A stretch of 64,000 nucleotides of DNA from Candidatus Obscuribacterales bacterium (GTDB taxonomy: Bacteria; Cyanobacteriota; Vampirovibrionia; Obscuribacterales; Obscuribacteraceae). The position numbers and the translations under genes are program-made. The notes below the pieces were generated by a model. It saw nothing but the letters and a program-made list of their open reading frames with translations. It ran no database searches and was not told where the DNA came from. This document shows positions 1 through 9,715 of this stretch, piece by piece; the first letter of the stretch is position 1; each line of letters opens with the position of its first letter. Location: positions 800,001-864,000 of the forward strand of contig CBDDIJ010000003.1 of the NCBI GenBank assembly GCA_965228855.1, written 5' to 3'.

Positions 1-5
1 CGCAC

Positions 6-236
6 TCAGTCGATCATGTCTTCCCAATATTCGGTGCGGTCCTTCCAATTGCAATCGCCGTTACCGCAAAGCAAAGTTACTCGCGAAGCATGCGAGTCAA
101 TCTCCTGTATGTTGAAGCCATCGCGCACAGCGTCGATGGTTTCCGCATATTTCTCGTACTTGCGAATCGGTTTTTTACATTTGGGGCATGCCATCTTCTC
201 GTTCTCGATGGCTTCCTTGATTACTTGTTCGGACAT
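6..236 (-). CDS. small hypothetical protein, putative zinc ribbon
   Basis: CPKC and CGNGDC motifs; ATG at 236 preceded by GAGG. Confidence 0.6.
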   Translation of the reverse strand: MSEQVIKEAIENEKMACPKCKKPIRKYEKYAETIDAVRDGFNIQEIDSHASRVTLLCGNGDCNWKDRTEYWEDMID

Positions 237-381
237 TTTGAACCTCACTTGTACAGCTCATTTTAGATCAGATGACCACCAAGATTAAATAATGGAGCGC
301 TGATTATTGCCGGATTTTGACTATTTCGGGACCAGTAGGTGGCCGATAGGAGTGCGGTAAACACGAATTTACCTATCGCTC

Positions 382-1194
382 ATGTCAACCTACAATTCAA
401 ACATGCAATTCTCAACCCGACTACTGGCGATTACAACCCTCACCTCCCTGGTGTTGGGTCTTTTCGGCAGTTATTACGCATCTGATGTGATGTTCGGAAA
501 CGGTTTGAGGGCAACTGCTGCGGCACGGCCAGTCCAGGCCTTGAAGAACTATGATGTGGCAATTTCGCTAAATCCGTTCAATGCACCAGCCTGGTTGAAT
601 CGCGGGGCTTCCAGAGCGGCCACGGGAGACTTGAGCGGGGCTGCTTCTGATTACGAGCGGGCTTTGAAGCTTGGCGGTTCGCCGGAATTTCTGGCGATTG
701 GGCATCTCAACCGCAGTTCACTGCGCAAATCACAGAACGATTTCGATGGCGCACTCGCCGACTTGAATGATGCAATCGAGTTAAACAGTAGCGACTGGTC
801 GGCTCATCATGAACGCGGGCTCTTGCTGGCGGAAGTTGGCGACAAAACCGGTGCAATAGCCGACTTCACTGAAGCTATTCGGCTCAACCCAAATTCCGAA
901 TCGTTCGCTGCTCGTGGCTATGAATTGGATTATTTGGATGATTCGGGCGCCCTGGCTGACTACAACCAGGCGCTGGCGCTTGATCCCAAAAACGTCTCCG
1001 CGCTTTATGGCAGCGCTTATGCGAAACTTCGACTCGGCGACAAAGCCGGTGCGATTGCAGCTCTCAAAGAGCTAGTAAAACTTGAAACCCCGTGTGCGGC
1101 TCAACTGCGCAAACTCTTGAATTCATTTAGTGCGCGAAACTTTGTCGGCGAGCCGAGCCGCAGAGGTGTTTCTTGTGGCACAGATGTCGCTTAG
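382..1194 (+). CDS. TPR repeat protein with N-terminal membrane anchor
   Basis: Repeated A..D(Y/F)..AI.LNP TPR signatures; hydrophobic N-terminus. Confidence 0.85.
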   Translation: MSTYNSNMQFSTRLLAITTLTSLVLGLFGSYYASDVMFGNGLRATAAARPVQALKNYDVAISLNPFNAPAWLNRGASRAATGDLSGAASDYERALKLGGSPEFLAIGHLNRSSLRKSQNDFDGALADLNDAIELNSSDWSAHHERGLLLAEVGDKTGAIADFTEAIRLNPNSESFAARGYELDYLDDSGALADYNQALALDPKNVSALYGSAYAKLRLGDKAGAIAALKELVKLETPCAAQLRKLLNSFSARNFVGEPSRRGVSCGTDVA

Positions 1195-1239
1195 ACCCTG
1201 AACCTTTAGATTTGTAGACTCTAAACAAGACGTTGGCTG

Positions 1240-1461
1240 TTATGGAGTCGGATTGGGAACGGACGGTGCCGGCATTGCTGGTGCTTCAGGTAACGTCGGA
1301 GCCTTGGGTTCTGGCACGTTGATAGTCGTGTTGTTGGTCGTATGAGTTGCGGTACCACTGAAGTAATAGAAACCGAAGCCAACCGCTGCAAGAATCAAAA
1401 TTGCCAGGACAAAAGCGAGCGCGCCTGTGCCGCTTGATTCTTCTCTCACAATAGTAGTCAT
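1240..1461 (-). CDS. small single-pass membrane protein with Pro-rich tail
   Basis: GAGGAG RBS; one TM segment followed by Thr/Asn- and Pro-rich tail. Confidence 0.75.
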   Translation of the reverse strand: MTTIVREESSGTGALAFVLAILILAAVGFGFYYFSGTATHTTNNTTINVPEPKAPTLPEAPAMPAPSVPNPTP

Positions 1462-1687
1462 TTGAAATTCTCCTCAATTAGTTTCAGGTGTTTCGGAGAC
1501 AACGAAGAGTTGAATAAAGTTCCATATTGTCTTAATGTTAATCGGCTCAAGACAGTCTAGCGAAGGTTGTTAGCCTTGGGACTTATGGAAGTGTGATGAG
1601 CACCAAATATGGTGGCGCTCCATGAGTGGTGGCACCTATCGTTTAACCTCTCAGTTTTTCGAACTTGAATTTGTGTGGGGAAAGTGA

Positions 1688-2299
1688 ATGTACGGATTGA
1701 AGATGCTGTGCGGCCGATGGCGGCACATGTTGCTAGTTTCTCTAAGCATGCTCGGAATGTTTTCCATTCTGGAGAGCGGACGTTCAAGCATCGCCGCGAA
1801 CAGCACGGAGACTCCAAGTGAGTTAAAGCAGATGTACGAAGAAGACCAATCTGAGCGGTTGGCTGCTCAGAATAACCCGTTGAAAGGGGACTGGTCATCA
1901 ATTTCGAAACATGATGAAGTACATCGAGTTAAGGTTTTGAAGCTTATGCGTGAGAATAAGATCCAGACTGCTGATGACTATTACTACGCCGCTATGATTA
2001 TGCAGCATGGTGCCACAATGGATGACTATGTGCTTGCGCATTTGTTTTCTTGTGCTGCGGCTCAGCGTGGAAAACGTGAGGCGAGATGGTTGAGCGCGGC
2101 TTCGTTTGATCGTTTGATGATAAGTATGGACAAGCCGCAGTATTTCTCCACGCAGTACTTCGCGAACCAGGGCGAATCATACGCGATCAAAAATCCGAAA
2201 AATACTTCTCTGCTGACGGACGAAGTTAGAAAGGCCTTCGACGTGCCAACGCTTGCAGAGACCGATGCTCGCTTGCGGAAACTAAATGACGGTCTTTAA
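1688..2299 (+). CDS. secreted hypothetical protein (DUF6624-like)
   Basis: Signal-like N-terminus; ELKQMYEEDQSER, IMQHG and FDR..MDKPQYFSTQY motifs. Confidence 0.6.
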   Translation: MYGLKMLCGRWRHMLLVSLSMLGMFSILESGRSSIAANSTETPSELKQMYEEDQSERLAAQNNPLKGDWSSISKHDEVHRVKVLKLMRENKIQTADDYYYAAMIMQHGATMDDYVLAHLFSCAAAQRGKREARWLSAASFDRLMISMDKPQYFSTQYFANQGESYAIKNPKNTSLLTDEVRKAFDVPTLAETDARLRKLNDGL

Positions 2300-2374
2300 C
2301 AAAGTGAGCGGCTGCTTTTATTGCAACCGCTCAGTTTGATCCGTCGGGACGTATGAACTCCGAGTATGAATTGC

Positions 2375-3193
2375 TCAAGCCGCTTTGTTGATCGGTTTGT
2401 CTGCAGCAATCTGTTTGCGGAGCGCCTTCTCTAATGCCAGGGTTGCATCATCTGTGGCGCGGATTATATCAGCGTTCTTCGAACTCGCCCAGAAGTAGAT
2501 ATCCAGTGATAAGGCTCCGTTTGCCGCAGATACATACACCTTCGGCTCCGGGTCCTTGGCGACGGTGTCCAAGCCGGCTAAAGTCATTTTTGCAACTTGA
2601 ACAGCCTTTTCGTCGGGCACTTCCTTAAATGGAACCTGCAGGTGAATCAAGCGGTGAGCATAAGCAGTGTTAACAGTAACCGGGTCTGTGAACAGGACGC
2701 CATTCGGGATATAGACGCGTTGTCCCGTGTGCGTTTTGAGCAATGTCGTTCTTATAGTGATATCTTCCACGGTGCCTTCGTAGTCGCGAGCTTTAATCTC
2801 ATCGCCAATACGAAAAGGTTTTTGCCATAAAAGCAGCATGCCGGCGAAGAAGTTTTGCAAAATATTTTGGAACGCAAAACCGATGGCGACTGAACCGATA
2901 CCGAGACCTGCAATCAGTTTGTCTGCGCTGAAGTCAGGCACGACGATGACTGCACATACTAGTAATCCCAAAACGTTGATGGCTACTGCCATTAATTTCT
3001 CTATTGCATGACCTAGCGTCTGATCTATCTGAGCTCTCGAAGAGATCGAGAATGCCGCTTTTCCGATCACACGACTCAGCATGTGAATGACGAAGAAGAC
3101 AGCGCAAGCTATAAGTAAATTAGGTAGTAGTTCGAAAAAACCATCCACCATTTTTGTTACTGTCTGCCAGGCGAGCTGTAATCCATGTTGCAT
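2375..3193 (-). CDS. mscS: small-conductance mechanosensitive channel (MscS family)
   Basis: AGLGIGSVAIGFAFQNILQNFFAG, PFRIGDEI, EGTVEDITIRTT and IPNG motifs; GAGGAG before ATG 3193. Confidence 0.9.
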   Translation of the reverse strand: MQHGLQLAWQTVTKMVDGFFELLPNLLIACAVFFVIHMLSRVIGKAAFSISSRAQIDQTLGHAIEKLMAVAINVLGLLVCAVIVVPDFSADKLIAGLGIGSVAIGFAFQNILQNFFAGMLLLWQKPFRIGDEIKARDYEGTVEDITIRTTLLKTHTGQRVYIPNGVLFTDPVTVNTAYAHRLIHLQVPFKEVPDEKAVQVAKMTLAGLDTVAKDPEPKVYVSAANGALSLDIYFWASSKNADIIRATDDATLALEKALRKQIAADKPINKAA

Positions 3194-3395
3194 AACCACT
3201 CCTCTAGTTTCGGTTGCGCGTGAGGTCTGCGCGATTCTGAGCACAATGCACGGCGGGTGCCAGCAACCCGTGCTGAGCTTTCCATAGCATTAGAGCGGAA
3301 AATGCATGTCGTGACAAAGTTATGAAAGATTAGGCTGGTTGAGATGCACTCAGAGTTAGGCATCGATAAGTGCAGGTTTAAAACTGTTTACTAAC

Positions 3396-4292
3396 CTACC
3401 GATAGTTGACGATAAAGGTCATGTCCGGTGGTTCTTTGCCGGTCGTTGGAGGATCGATCCAGAAACTGAATCCGATTCTCGCAGGCACACGTTCTATCAT
3501 GAAATTGTCCAACCAATCGGTTGCTGGGCTTAGATTATTGCATCCGCCCGGGTAACCACATGCGGTGCCACAGTGCATAAAGTGAGGTATTAGCTTTGCG
3601 GTCTTCATCGGGCTGCCGATGTGTATGTTCGTTGCGAAAGTGGGTGGAATGTAGACGTAGTTGAATCCCAGGTCTCGGGCATTAACTATTGAAAGTGCTG
3701 TTTGTCCATAGAGAGTGTACCGGGGATACTTGAATATCTCGCACATCTCTTTCTCGTATAGAGTTTTTTCGTATGTAACCTCAGCTGTGCGCGCTTGTGG
3801 ATACCAGATAAGATGCGACGGCTTGACTGCTGTTGGATACTTCTTGTGGGCTAAGTCCTGCTCAGTTACTTTGTCCTTTGGAAGTGGTGCGATGGTTACG
3901 TCGGACACCAGTAGAAACGGATTGAGCAGATTGGTCGATTGAACCGAATCTCCTCGAATGCTATTTTGTCCTTCGCCGTAGTACGCACGACCGACGTCAC
4001 CCCACCAGGGCTTCTTGTCTTCAAGTTGTCCCAGGGTTGCTGTATCCGGCACATACATTTTGCGGAGCAATTGCGGATATTTCATTGCGGCTCTGTAGCG
4101 TAAATCTGATAACTCCAATTTTGTCTTGAAATTCAGATCTCGGGGTGGATTTATTGAGAGCTCGATTGTGCGGACCTTGGCCTTCGGACCAATGGCGAGT
4201 TCGTTTGCCGCGTGAGCTGCGTGCGAGACCGCAAGAAGCAAAGTTGCAGTAATTAAAAACAATTTTCGGCGAAACACAACCAATGAGGGCAC
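3396..4292 (-). CDS. secreted hypothetical protein
   Basis: Signal peptide ending AHA; HCGTACGYPGGCNN Cys cluster. Confidence 0.7.
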   Translation of the reverse strand: MPSLVVFRRKLFLITATLLLAVSHAAHAANELAIGPKAKVRTIELSINPPRDLNFKTKLELSDLRYRAAMKYPQLLRKMYVPDTATLGQLEDKKPWWGDVGRAYYGEGQNSIRGDSVQSTNLLNPFLLVSDVTIAPLPKDKVTEQDLAHKKYPTAVKPSHLIWYPQARTAEVTYEKTLYEKEMCEIFKYPRYTLYGQTALSIVNARDLGFNYVYIPPTFATNIHIGSPMKTAKLIPHFMHCGTACGYPGGCNNLSPATDWLDNFMIERVPARIGFSFWIDPPTTGKEPPDMTFIVNYR

Positions 4293-4401
4293 CAGCTGAG
4301 AAAAGTCGATCGCGAATCAATCCTGGCGAAACGTGAGCACAGTATAGCCGCCCTGCTCGATTTTGCAAGCGTGGCGGCTACAGTGCGTTTCGCCGGACGA
4401 G

Positions 4402-4821
4402 CTAGTCTTTGACCCACTCGGATTCAGGATTTCTGATACCGTCGGTTTTTGTCCATAGATTCAAACTGTCGACTTTGGCTTGGATGCAGAGGTAGATCAG
4501 TTCGTTTTCCTTGCTTGCACGAATTGAACGCTTAACCTCAGGACGCATGCTCACCATTGATCCTTCGGAGATATCTATGAGTTCATTGTCGGCTTGAATC
4601 TGTCCGCTTCCCTGGACCACAATATAAAGTTCTTCGTTTTCTTTGTGGCTATGGAAGAAGGGGAACGAGACTCCTGCTGGAATCGTGGTGACTGAGATCT
4701 CCATTCCGGTAAGGTGCAGAAGTTCCTTCAGGAATTTCTTTGGAAGCTGCGCGTCGTTGTAGTCGATTGCGGAGTATTTGCCGAGATTCACGACATGAAA
4801 TGGTTTCGTTGCGGTATTCAT
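4402..4821 (-). CDS. cupin domain protein
   Basis: PFFHSHKENEELYIVVQGSG cupin motif 1. Confidence 0.85.
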   Translation of the reverse strand: MNTATKPFHVVNLGKYSAIDYNDAQLPKKFLKELLHLTGMEISVTTIPAGVSFPFFHSHKENEELYIVVQGSGQIQADNELIDISEGSMVSMRPEVKRSIRASKENELIYLCIQAKVDSLNLWTKTDGIRNPESEWVKD

Positions 4822-4915
4822 AGAAAGCTCCTTATTTTGTTCTGGCGGCGGAATGGGTTTTACGACCTTTGGTTAGGGAACAGATTCCGTAGCTCAAGTA
4901 CGACCATTGTATCAC

Positions 4916-4936
4916 TAGCTTGTAAATTGCAAGTCA
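4916..4936. promoter_or_regulatory. candidate operator (CTTG-N7-CAAG inverted repeat) between divergent cupin and hydrolase-hxlR genes
   Basis: cttgtaaattgcaag at 4919-4933 upstream of an operon that encodes an HxlR-family regulator. Confidence 0.4.
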
Positions 4937-5016
4937 CGTGTTACAATAATTACATGGGCGTTCGGAGACGTTGTTGTTAGTGTAGGATCAAGGAATATTA
5001 GATTTGGAATGAGGTT

Positions 5017-5838
5017 ATGGAAATAACCGAGCCTAAGAGAATTAGTGACGAAGTGCGCGATGCTGCTTTAAGGTACATCACGCCAGGTGGCATTCGAAAA
5101 GTTGTGCGTCGTCCGAAAACTGATGTTGAATCGGTTCATCAGTTGCTGCCCTTTAAAAGTGGTGCTCTTTCAACTCGCGTATGGGGAAAGTCCGAAGATA
5201 AGACCGTTTTGCTCGTTCACGGATGGGCGGCGAACCAAACGGACATGTTTCTATATGTTCCCCGCTTGTTGGACGCAGGATTTAAAGTGGTGGCAATGGA
5301 CTTGCCGGCGCACGGTGAGTCAAGTTTTGATGTTGCCGGATTGAATCACCTGGGCGATGCTGTGTTGACCGTCGGAAACGCTCATGGTCAGCTTGAGGGC
5401 GTAATTGCACATTCAGTAGGATGTGCTGCTACTCAACTTGCTATCGCGTCTGGATTGAGAGTCGGTCGCGTAGTTATGCTGGCTTCACCAAATGACTATG
5501 AGGCGAAGACGTACGGATTTGCAAAGCACGTGGGATTTTCGAAGGAACAGATCTCCGAGTTCATCGCTGCGTTGAGAGAGTTCGATGTTCGCGTCGAGAT
5601 TCGTAGTGTGGACTTCGTACCGAAGTTTGACACGCCCGCGTTGATCGTTCATTCTGAAGATGATGCTGTAATACCAATATCTGTCGGCGAGCAGCTTGCT
5701 GCCTACTGGAAGAACAGCATTTTTCTAAGAGTTAACGGATTGAATCACAGAGGGGTTTTGAGAGATAAATTCGTGATTGAAAGCGCAATCAAGTTTCTCG
5801 CTGACGAGGACTCTAGCGAGAGCGATCCCCATGAATAG
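5017..5838 (+). CDS. alpha/beta fold hydrolase
   Basis: LLVHGW, DLPAHGES, AHSVG nucleophile elbow, HSEDDAVIP and GLNH. Confidence 0.9.
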   Translation: MEITEPKRISDEVRDAALRYITPGGIRKVVRRPKTDVESVHQLLPFKSGALSTRVWGKSEDKTVLLVHGWAANQTDMFLYVPRLLDAGFKVVAMDLPAHGESSFDVAGLNHLGDAVLTVGNAHGQLEGVIAHSVGCAATQLAIASGLRVGRVVMLASPNDYEAKTYGFAKHVGFSKEQISEFIAALREFDVRVEIRSVDFVPKFDTPALIVHSEDDAVIPISVGEQLAAYWKNSIFLRVNGLNHRGVLRDKFVIESAIKFLADEDSSESDPHE

Positions 5839-6172
5839 ACGATCTCCATGTCCGATTGCATGCACGCTTGATCTCATAGGTGACAAGTGGACTTTGTTGG
5901 TGCTCAGGGATATTTTGTTTTTTCAGAAATCTAAGTTTGACGAATTCCTTGACTCTCCTGAAAAAATATCCACGAACATACTCACGGATAGGCTTCACAA
6001 GCTTGAAGCCGCAGGACTGATCTCTAAAGCCCCTTACAGCAATCATCGCTTGCGTATGGCATATTCAGCAACCGCGAAGGGAGAAAGTCTGGCCCCAATT
6101 TTGAAGCAGCTCGTCGAATGGGGAATGCAAAATCTTGCGGAAACTCGGACACAACCTTTGCCTCCGAAGTGA
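5831..6172 (+). CDS. HxlR-family winged-helix transcriptional regulator
   Basis: CPIACTLDLIGDKWTLLVLRD signature; overlaps the hydrolase 3' end by 8 nt. Confidence 0.9.
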   Translation: MNRRSPCPIACTLDLIGDKWTLLVLRDILFFQKSKFDEFLDSPEKISTNILTDRLHKLEAAGLISKAPYSNHRLRMAYSATAKGESLAPILKQLVEWGMQNLAETRTQPLPPK

Positions 6173-6193
6173 GGCGATAGCCCAAAAGCAGAC

Positions 6194-6226
6194 AACCATC
6201 GCTGCCAGGCGAGGGGCGCGATGGTT
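6194..6226. terminator. hairpin between convergent genes
   Basis: aaccatcgc ... gcgatggtt inverted repeat. Confidence 0.45.
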
Positions 6227-6292
6227 ATCCGTGATTTCGTGCTTGTGACGGGAAAAGGTTTGCGTTATACGCAGTTTTCGATTCGCACCATT

Positions 6293-6508
6293 TTAGTGGC
6301 GAATTATTTTGGTGGCATTCGCTTCTTCATTGTCGTAGCCCACAAAAACGTATTTTACACTTTCTTGGTGGCATGCGCATTTCGTACAGCTAATGCGTTT
6401 ATATACAGGTTTATCTTCCAGATTGGTCGCCACCATATAAAGTGGCAGATGAGATAGCGCGTTGCTGATTTGTCCGTCGAGCGGTCCACCATGCAAAGTT
6501 ACTGACAT
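6293..6508 (-). CDS. small hypothetical protein with GGPLDG and CxxCxCH motifs
   Basis: AGGAG RBS; lies directly downstream of rpsD. Confidence 0.65.
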   Translation of the reverse strand: MSVTLHGGPLDGQISNALSHLPLYMVATNLEDKPVYKRISCTKCACHQESVKYVFVGYDNEEANATKIIRH

Positions 6509-6541
6509 ACTGCTTCTCCTGCGGGTTTGAGGTTAGAACGA

Positions 6542-7150
6542 TTATCGCGAATAGAATTCAACAAGGAATTGTTCCCTGAAGCTCTGATCGATTTGGTCGC
6601 GCTCTGGGATTGCGTCCACTGTGATTGTATTTTCTTTGACGTCGACGGTCAGCCATTGGCCGCTGATGGCACCACTGATTGCGGCACGGTCTTTGGTGAG
6701 CTCAAATACGAATTTTTTGCTGCGCTCACGGAAAGAGATTTTGTCGCCAACTCGTAACCGGGCTGAGGCAATGGCGAGGCGTTTACCGTTGACTAAGATA
6801 TGTCCGTGAGAAACCAATTGTCGCGCTTGATCCCGGCTTGCGAAAAGTCCGGAGCGATAAACAATGTTGTCCAGACGCATCTCTAATAACTGCAATAGAA
6901 CTGTACCAGTTGCCGCTTTAGCGCGAGTAGCTTCATCATAGATTTTTCGAAGCTGACGTTCGGTGCATCCGTAGCTCCATTTAATCTTTTGTTTTTCCAA
7001 CAAGTGCTCAGCATAATTGGAACGTTTTTTGCGTGTGTTTCCGTGCTGGCCCGGCGGGTATGGATTGTGGAGCTGGTCGAACTTCTGATTACCATATAAG
7101 TTCATTCCGACTGCGCGGCAACGTTTTGCTTTTGAACCTGTGTATCTCAT
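6542..7150 (-). CDS. rpsD: 30S ribosomal protein S4 (Zn-ribbon-free, possibly a paralogue)
   Basis: [44 protein letters not shown] and terminal EFYSR. Confidence 0.95.
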   Translation of the reverse strand: MRYTGSKAKRCRAVGMNLYGNQKFDQLHNPYPPGQHGNTRKKRSNYAEHLLEKQKIKWSYGCTERQLRKIYDEATRAKAATGTVLLQLLEMRLDNIVYRSGLFASRDQARQLVSHGHILVNGKRLAIASARLRVGDKISFRERSKKFVFELTKDRAAISGAISGQWLTVDVKENTITVDAIPERDQIDQSFREQFLVEFYSR

Positions 7151-7172
7151 AGGATCTCCAAATATCTAAGCG

Positions 7173-7688
7173 CTAAACCAAAGCGCCGCGTACTGCCAGG
7201 CGAACCTTTTCGGCCCACGATGCAATTCTTGCCTCGGTCAGATCCGGTTGGTTTACTTCGTCGACAACCAGACCGCAGAAGTAACCATCAATAACTGCTT
7301 CCGAGTGATCGTATTCAAAACCTTCGGTGGAAACGTCGGCCGCAACTATCTCACCGCCGCGCTCTATCACTTTGTCATAGACGATCTTCATTGCGCTCAC
7401 AAAGTTGTAAGAGTATCCGTACTGATCGCCGAGTGCGAACAGTGCGACCTTTTTGCCTGTTAAATCGATGGAGTCGAATTTGGGAAGATAATCGGCAAAG
7501 TCGTCAGTCAACTCGCCGTCGCCCCAGGTCGACCCTCCAAAGATTAGGAAATCGCAGGCTTGAATGTCTTCGGGCTTCACACCATAAATATTTTTGACAT
7601 CCGAAATCAGGTCGGGTAGCGCTGCTTGGATGCTTGCTGCTACGCCCTCGGTAGTACCGGTTTGCGTTCCATAAAAAAGCTTGCCCAC
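7173..7688 (-). CDS. fldA: long-chain flavodoxin
   Basis: FYGTQTGTTE, GGSTWGDGEL and LFALGDQYGY..NF FMN-binding motifs; start GTG 7688 or TTG 7712. Confidence 0.92.
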   Translation of the reverse strand: MGKLFYGTQTGTTEGVAASIQAALPDLISDVKNIYGVKPEDIQACDFLIFGGSTWGDGELTDDFADYLPKFDSIDLTGKKVALFALGDQYGYSYNFVSAMKIVYDKVIERGGEIVAADVSTEGFEYDHSEAVIDGYFCGLVVDEVNQPDLTEARIASWAEKVRLAVRGALV

Positions 7689-7729
7689 GAATGGATACCT
7701 CGTTCGTTTCAAATTGACCTCCAATATTA

Positions 7730-7744
7730 TGCAAATCATTCGCA
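7730..7744. promoter_or_regulatory. Fur/Zur-family 7-1-7 box (proximal)
   Basis: TGCAAAT-C-ATTCGCA inverted repeat just upstream of the flavodoxin RBS. Confidence 0.55.
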
Positions 7745-7871
7745 ATAAGATCAACTAGTAGTTGAATAACATTCGCTACAATCCTTTACGAAGTAGCGAC
7801 TGCTGAACTCTGTGGGTGATTGCAATCGCCAAGAGGTGAATCTCGGTTGCAGTAACTATCAGTCTATTTAA

Positions 7872-7886
7872 CGAGAACCATTTTCA
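7872..7886. promoter_or_regulatory. Fur/Zur-family 7-1-7 box (distal)
   Basis: Minus strand TGAAAAT-G-GTTCTCG resembles TGA(T/G)AAT-N-ATT(A/C)TCA. Confidence 0.45.
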
Positions 7887-8021
7887 AATAGTTCGGAAAG
7901 GGTCATTGGCGCCAATTTTGTCTTCGCATCTCACTCAGGCGCGAAATCGAAAAAATCTGAAATTAAATCGAGTTGTCGTTGGATACATATATAGGTAGCG
8001 TTGATGCGATTCCGGTTCTTG

Positions 8022-9707
8022 CTAGCAGGAGGAGCAGCCGCCAGCGCAGTCTCCGGCAGCGCCGCAACAGTCGGCGCTCGCGCAACAATCCGCTCCCCCG
8101 CTACCGCAGCATTCTCCCGCGCCTGCGCAAGCGTCTGCACCTGCACAACAGCCGCCGCCGCCAGCGCAGCACTCTGCTCCCGCATTGCAATGCGCGCACG
8201 TTTCGCAGCACGCGTCCGTCGGCAAGCAGCAGTCCCAAAAGACTTCGCAACCAGAGTCACAGCAACAAGGCGCCCAGCAAGGTGCAGGACGGGCTGTATG
8301 GTCGCGAGAGCGTCGATATCTGTCGTGATTATTTACACCCTTTTGTGTCGGCGATTCGTCTGGGGAGGAGCCATTTTTCGAGGAATTGGTTGAGATTACG
8401 GTTTTGGATGCTGAAATTTCTTTGGCACCACCATCGGTGCTGCTCTCCATCGCGTATGCGTAGGCGAACCCTTTCTTGCTTGCTCCGATCATCGAAGTGG
8501 TCGCTGCATTGATTAACGAACCAAATGCAGACCCCCAGAAGATGAGATTGAAAGGAAGATCGAAGCATTCCCGGTAGGACCTTATCGACCTGGTTTGTAC
8601 AGGACTAAGAAGTGCAGCCGACAGAACAAATATGTAAACGAAAGCGCGAAAAGAAACGTAGAAGAATCGCACCGCAGGTGGTGCGCAACTGGTCTCTATC
8701 TGATCCGAGAGCTGCTCAGCGCGTGAGCGTGCCATGACCCATCGAGACTGAGATTCGTTTCTTGTGTGACCGCAGGACGCGGCAATTGAGTTCGTATTTG
8801 AAACCTTTGGTTTGACCACCTTCAAATCGAAACCGGTTTTTCTCTGTACATTGGAGATTAGTCGGTTTTCGTACTCTTGCTGTAGTTTCCTATCAAGTTT
8901 CAGAAGGCTGAGGTCTTCAAGCAAAGCGCAGACAGTTTTGATTGTGAGAGTTTCTACCTCATCGATGACTCTGCCTGGTGCTGATGCAGAATTGAAATCA
9001 AAACTGCTGGCGATTGCGTTAAATGACTTTGTACGGAAGTCTCGTTGAATGTCTTCGAGGGCATCAATCAAGTAGATCAATGAGCCAAAATTGAATCCGA
9101 GCCTTCGCATTGCGTCTGTTTCTTCATCGGTACCGCCCATGATGGCGGCACTGTGTTCGAACACTAGCGATGTAATCGTCGCTGTCGGCTCTGCAAAATG
9201 ACGAAGTCGTTCAACCGGCGTCAAATTTGTGACCGCCGCGCGTTCTCTTGCCGCTTGCTGATTGAACCAAAGTGAGATCGATTCCAGTGGAAACCCAAGT
9301 GCGGTGAGTTCATCCGTTGATTGCAGGAAAACCGAAGAGAAATAGTATTGAGCACCATGAAACAGCGGAGAGCCAGAGTCTTCGACGTGGTCATCGAGCT
9401 TCAATTCCAAAAGAAGCATCGACACAGACGATGCAATTTTCAGCTCGCGCGGAACACTCGAGACGTCCGGAAGCGTCAAGCAGTTTAGTGATTGAAATTC
9501 TGGTGACCACCTGGAAAGTTCAGTTTCGCTGCTGGAGATTGCCAAAAGTAATTCCGCTAGAAACACGACATCATTGTTCAAAACCATGCGCGCCGGATGA
9601 CCGTATAGGGAACCGATTGCTTTGCAGGTTCCGCAGTAGAGCAGACGTCGCCGATACAACTGCTCCTCATCTTTATGGCAGGTGGTAACATTCATCAAGC
9701 CAAACAT
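8022..9707 (-). CDS. DUF5685-like protein with Cys-rich C-terminal tail
   Basis: MFG...YCGTCKAIGSLYG..AR..LNND..FL N-terminus; KLDDHVED and YLIDALED..RD motifs; 25 Cys in the last 85 aa. Confidence 0.75.
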   Translation of the reverse strand: MFGLMNVTTCHKDEEQLYRRRLLYCGTCKAIGSLYGHPARMVLNNDVVFLAELLLAISSSETELSRWSPEFQSLNCLTLPDVSSVPRELKIASSVSMLLLELKLDDHVEDSGSPLFHGAQYYFSSVFLQSTDELTALGFPLESISLWFNQQAARERAAVTNLTPVERLRHFAEPTATITSLVFEHSAAIMGGTDEETDAMRRLGFNFGSLIYLIDALEDIQRDFRTKSFNAIASSFDFNSASAPGRVIDEVETLTIKTVCALLEDLSLLKLDRKLQQEYENRLISNVQRKTGFDLKVVKPKVSNTNSIAASCGHTRNESQSRWVMARSRAEQLSDQIETSCAPPAVRFFYVSFRAFVYIFVLSAALLSPVQTRSIRSYRECFDLPFNLIFWGSAFGSLINAATTSMIGASKKGFAYAYAMESSTDGGAKEISASKTVISTNSSKNGSSPDESPTQKGVNNHDRYRRSRDHTARPAPCWAPCCCDSGCEVFWDCCLPTDACCETCAHCNAGAECCAGGGGCCAGADACAGAGECCGSGGADCCASADCCGAAGDCAGGCSSC

Positions 9708-9715
9708 TTATCCGC

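Noticed and set aside
7931..8512. Several Ala- or Arg-rich ORFs overlapping the DUF5685 tail
   Set aside because: Shadow frames of the TGC/GCN/GGN-rich Cys-Gly-Ala tail; no RBS or family features.
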